DNA from: Pseudobdellovibrionaceae bacterium
GTDB lineage: Bacteria > Bdellovibrionota > Bdellovibrionia > Bdellovibrionales > UBA1609
Length of the DNA: 63,604 nt
NCBI GenBank assembly: GCA_025354795.1
Contig: JANXMF010000081.1
Coordinates: 1-63,604 of the forward strand
Reading direction: 5' to 3'
Shown here one piece after another: positions 61,374 through 63,604 of the stretch; the stretch's first letter is position 1; each line of letters opens with the position of its first letter. Under the pieces are notes generated by a model. The model was given only the letters and a program-made list of their open reading frames with translations. It did no database searches and was not told the DNA's origin. The position numbers and the translations under genes were made by a program.

Positions 61374-63604
61374 ATGAACGTGGCACGTATAAAAGTCAGG
61401 CTTTGGTTTGTACCCCTATTGGCATCGCTGGCGATCGTCGGTTGCACGCGCGACAAAGCGTCTACCGCGAGGATCAGTATCCAACTTCCCGCCGGCAGTT
61501 CAGTCGGCGCCCCTGCCGCGAAGTCCGCGTACCGGGGTCTAGCAAGTCGTGATACGCCCATCCCCGCCGGCACGAAAAGGATCGAAGTCATTGTCCTTAA
61601 TGTTAGCCCTACCTCAGGTGCGAGTTTTTCCGCCATTTTCCAAAGCTGGAGTCATGATCATGGCACCCCCATGCCTGTTGGACAGACTCTCAGTTTCGAT
61701 CTACCCACCGGCTCTGGCTGCATCGTACAAGTCTTGTTAGTTGAGAAAGACAGCGACGGTAATATGATTTTTAACTACGACGACAAAACCGTCACTCTCA
61801 CGGGTGAGAGTGTTCCTGTAGATTTGGCCCCGGTTCCCATAGGTGGTGCGGGCGCAGGCGATGGCAGCATTATGGGTCGCTACCTAACGGGCACCAACAC
61901 CGGCCCAACGGGCATCATTGATGTCGCGTTCACGCCCGGTAGTGGTAAACCTCCGATGATCGTGGAAAAGTCTGAGATATTTGGTGGCTACTTCAGCACC
62001 TTTGGCTTGCAAAGTCGTGGTTTCACTTACACCGTTGAGGGTGGCCCAACCCTATTTACCAATTTCGCAATCTCGGCATTGAATTCTAAGAACGCCGCTT
62101 TCCCCAACGCATCAACTATGGTTTATGTGCCAAAAACCTATCGCTGCAATGCCGATTTTGGTCAGACGGTGGACCAAGCTTGTCCTCTTCCGACGGATTT
62201 TGAGTCCAATCAAGCGCGTCTATTGCTGATGGGCTATTTCGGTCCGGGCGTTACAAGTGCTAACAAGATGTGTTTTGATGCCGTCACGGGAACTGCAGTG
62301 GATGTTTCGACTTATGCTTATAGCGATGTGTCGGCAACGCCCCTCAATCTCAAGTGGAAAACATCACCAGTGCTTTCTAGTCCAAGCGGCACCGTGGCTG
62401 GAATTGTAGGTACCGCCGGGGTCGGTGGTGGATTGAATTACAGTGGATCCAACTGCCCAGGTTTAGCTTTTCAAGACTTTATGCATTTGACCACCAACAA
62501 CGTCGCTAGCGGTGATTCAGCCTTGCAGTTTAGAGGCCCCTTTCAATCGACTGCCGGTACCAATGGCGGCGGGAGCTTTCTTCAATTTGCAACTGTAACG
62601 AGTAAGCTTGGCGTCACTTGGACTTATCTTCCTGGCGCGGCTTCCGATATTACCGGCAGCGAAGTTTTCTATCTCCCGCAGACAGATACCAGCACCATGA
62701 ATGGAAGTTATAACCAGCCCTATCATATTTCAAACGGCAACGGCTTTCTGTGCGATCAGCTCAGGTCAAACTTTGGATTTACAACAGCAGGCCAAGTGCC
62801 CGCAAGCGCCAATAGCATACTCATTCCAGGCTTAACAGCTGCAAGCAATGTCGAAATCGTGGTTTGCCCTTTTAAAACTGTTGCTGGAAAAACCACTTAC
62901 TTTACGAGTGGTGTAGATGGAAACCCGAGCGGAATGATGGGCGCACCGGGAAAAGGCCCGGCTTACCTACTCAAACTCGTGAGCGGCGGTTCGGAAACTC
63001 CGGCGTCACCAGTTTTAGCGTCGAATCAATCGCAGGGTCTCAACACCTGCAAAAAATATGATGTTCGTTTAGAGGACGCCGCTGGCCCGACTCTCGCACC
63101 CGCGGCCTTTAATATTACGCTTTTTTCAGACCCTAATGGCAGCGGCCGGTCAATGGGTCTTTACTCCAATTCGGGCTGCTCCACGGTACTTCCAAGTCTA
63201 CTTATGGCAAAAGACGCCAACACGGTGAGCTTTTATGCTAAGAGCCCGACGGCTGGCGGAGTTTTGTCCATTCGCGCAAACACCAATGCCGCCTTTGGCG
63301 TTGGTCAAGGCTACTGGAATATCTACGCCGTCGACACCGGCGCGACACCCGATGCACTTGCAATTAGCGTTATGTCATTTAATCCCACTCCCAACTTAGC
63401 GGTGGGCGAGTGTTATCCGGTGCAGTTCAGTGTTGTGGACAATTCAAGTCCTCCACTACCTGCCGTTTCCGCAACCGCTTTGGACGGCTTTACCCCTCAA
63501 AGCGGCGGCGGCGATTTTTTTGTTGAGCCCGATTGCTCAGGCGCGGCGATTGCCACCCCTATCGTGATTCCTCAAAACGAGTCTGAAGTGACCTATTATT
63601 TTAA
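61374..63604 (+). CDS. Large surface lipoprotein (at least 743 aa, runs off window end; absent from the ORF track)
   Basis: GGAG + ATG 61374; MNVARIKVRLWFVPLLASLAIVGC lipobox; I translated the first ~310 codons without a stop, and the frame is still coding-like at the window end; Gly/Thr/Ser-rich with YSNSGC...SFYAK and FVEPDC...TYYF modules. Confidence 0.8.
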   Translation, partial: MNVARIKVRLWFVPLLASLAIVGCTRDKASTARISIQLPAGSSVGAPAAKSAYRGLASRDTPIPAGTKRIEVIVLNVSPTSGASFSAIFQSWSHDHGTPMPVGQTLSFDLPTGSGCIVQVLLVEKDSDGNMIFNYDDKTVTLTGESVPVDLAPVPIGGAGAGDGSIMGRYLTGTNTGPTGIIDVAFTPGSGKPPMIVEKSEIFGGYFSTFGLQSRGFTYTVEGGPTLFTNFAISALNSKNAAFPNASTMVYVPKTYRCNADFGQTVDQACPLPTDFESNQARLLLMGYFGPGVTSANKMCFDAVTGTAVDVSTYAYSDVSATPLNLKWKTSPVLSSPSGTVAGIVGTAGVGGGLNYSGSNCPGLAFQDFMHLTTNNVASGDSALQFRGPFQSTAGTNGGGSFLQFATVTSKLGVTWTYLPGAASDITGSEVFYLPQTDTSTMNGSYNQPYHISNGNGFLCDQLRSNFGFTTAGQVPASANSILIPGLTAASNVEIVVCPFKTVAGKTTYFTSGVDGNPSGMMGAPGKGPAYLLKLVSGGSETPASPVLASNQSQGLNTCKKYDVRLEDAAGPTLAPAAFNITLFSDPNGSGRSMGLYSNSGCSTVLPSLLMAKDANTVSFYAKSPTAGGVLSIRANTNAAFGVGQGYWNIYAVDTGATPDALAISVMSFNPTPNLAVGECYPVQFSVVDNSSPPLPAVSATALDGFTPQSGGGDFFVEPDCSGAAIATPIVIPQNESEVTYYF

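Overview
A gene-dense chromosomal segment, most likely from a Bdellovibrionota (Bdellovibrio-like predatory) bacterium; the taxon is inferred from a PopA-like major outer-membrane protein, a MAT-like fibre, and many lipoproteins and PilZ/HD-GYP proteins. I found no rRNA, tRNA, CRISPR array, transposase or integrase. Housekeeping genes include hisS, queG, cca, greB, yebC, rpsN, rlmE, gltA, apt, a bamB/yfgM pair, kynA/kynB, ltaE, hutG and leucine dehydrogenase. A dif-like site at 51377-51404 suggests the window spans the replication terminus. The best candidate for an undescribed system is the 9.9-22.8 kb surface-fibre locus. There, a coiled-coil/SH3-like protein, an Ig-like lipoprotein and a 1807-aa Gly/Thr/Ala/Ser-rich repeat fibre lie downstream of a sigma28-like promoter. 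This operon converges on a TMEM260/DUF2723-type protein glycosyltransferase whose gene carries a G9 tract, next to an outer-membrane beta-barrel gene. Other leads are an SDR + PTPS-II + PTPS-III pterin operon with a third, catalytically dead PTPS paralogue; a PilZ gene coupled to a pseudo-S2P/M50 protein with two cNMP domains; two orphan hairpin/terminator sRNA candidates; and a set of sigma28-like promoters, some with a shared upstream palindrome. All family calls come from reading motifs by eye; no searches were run.
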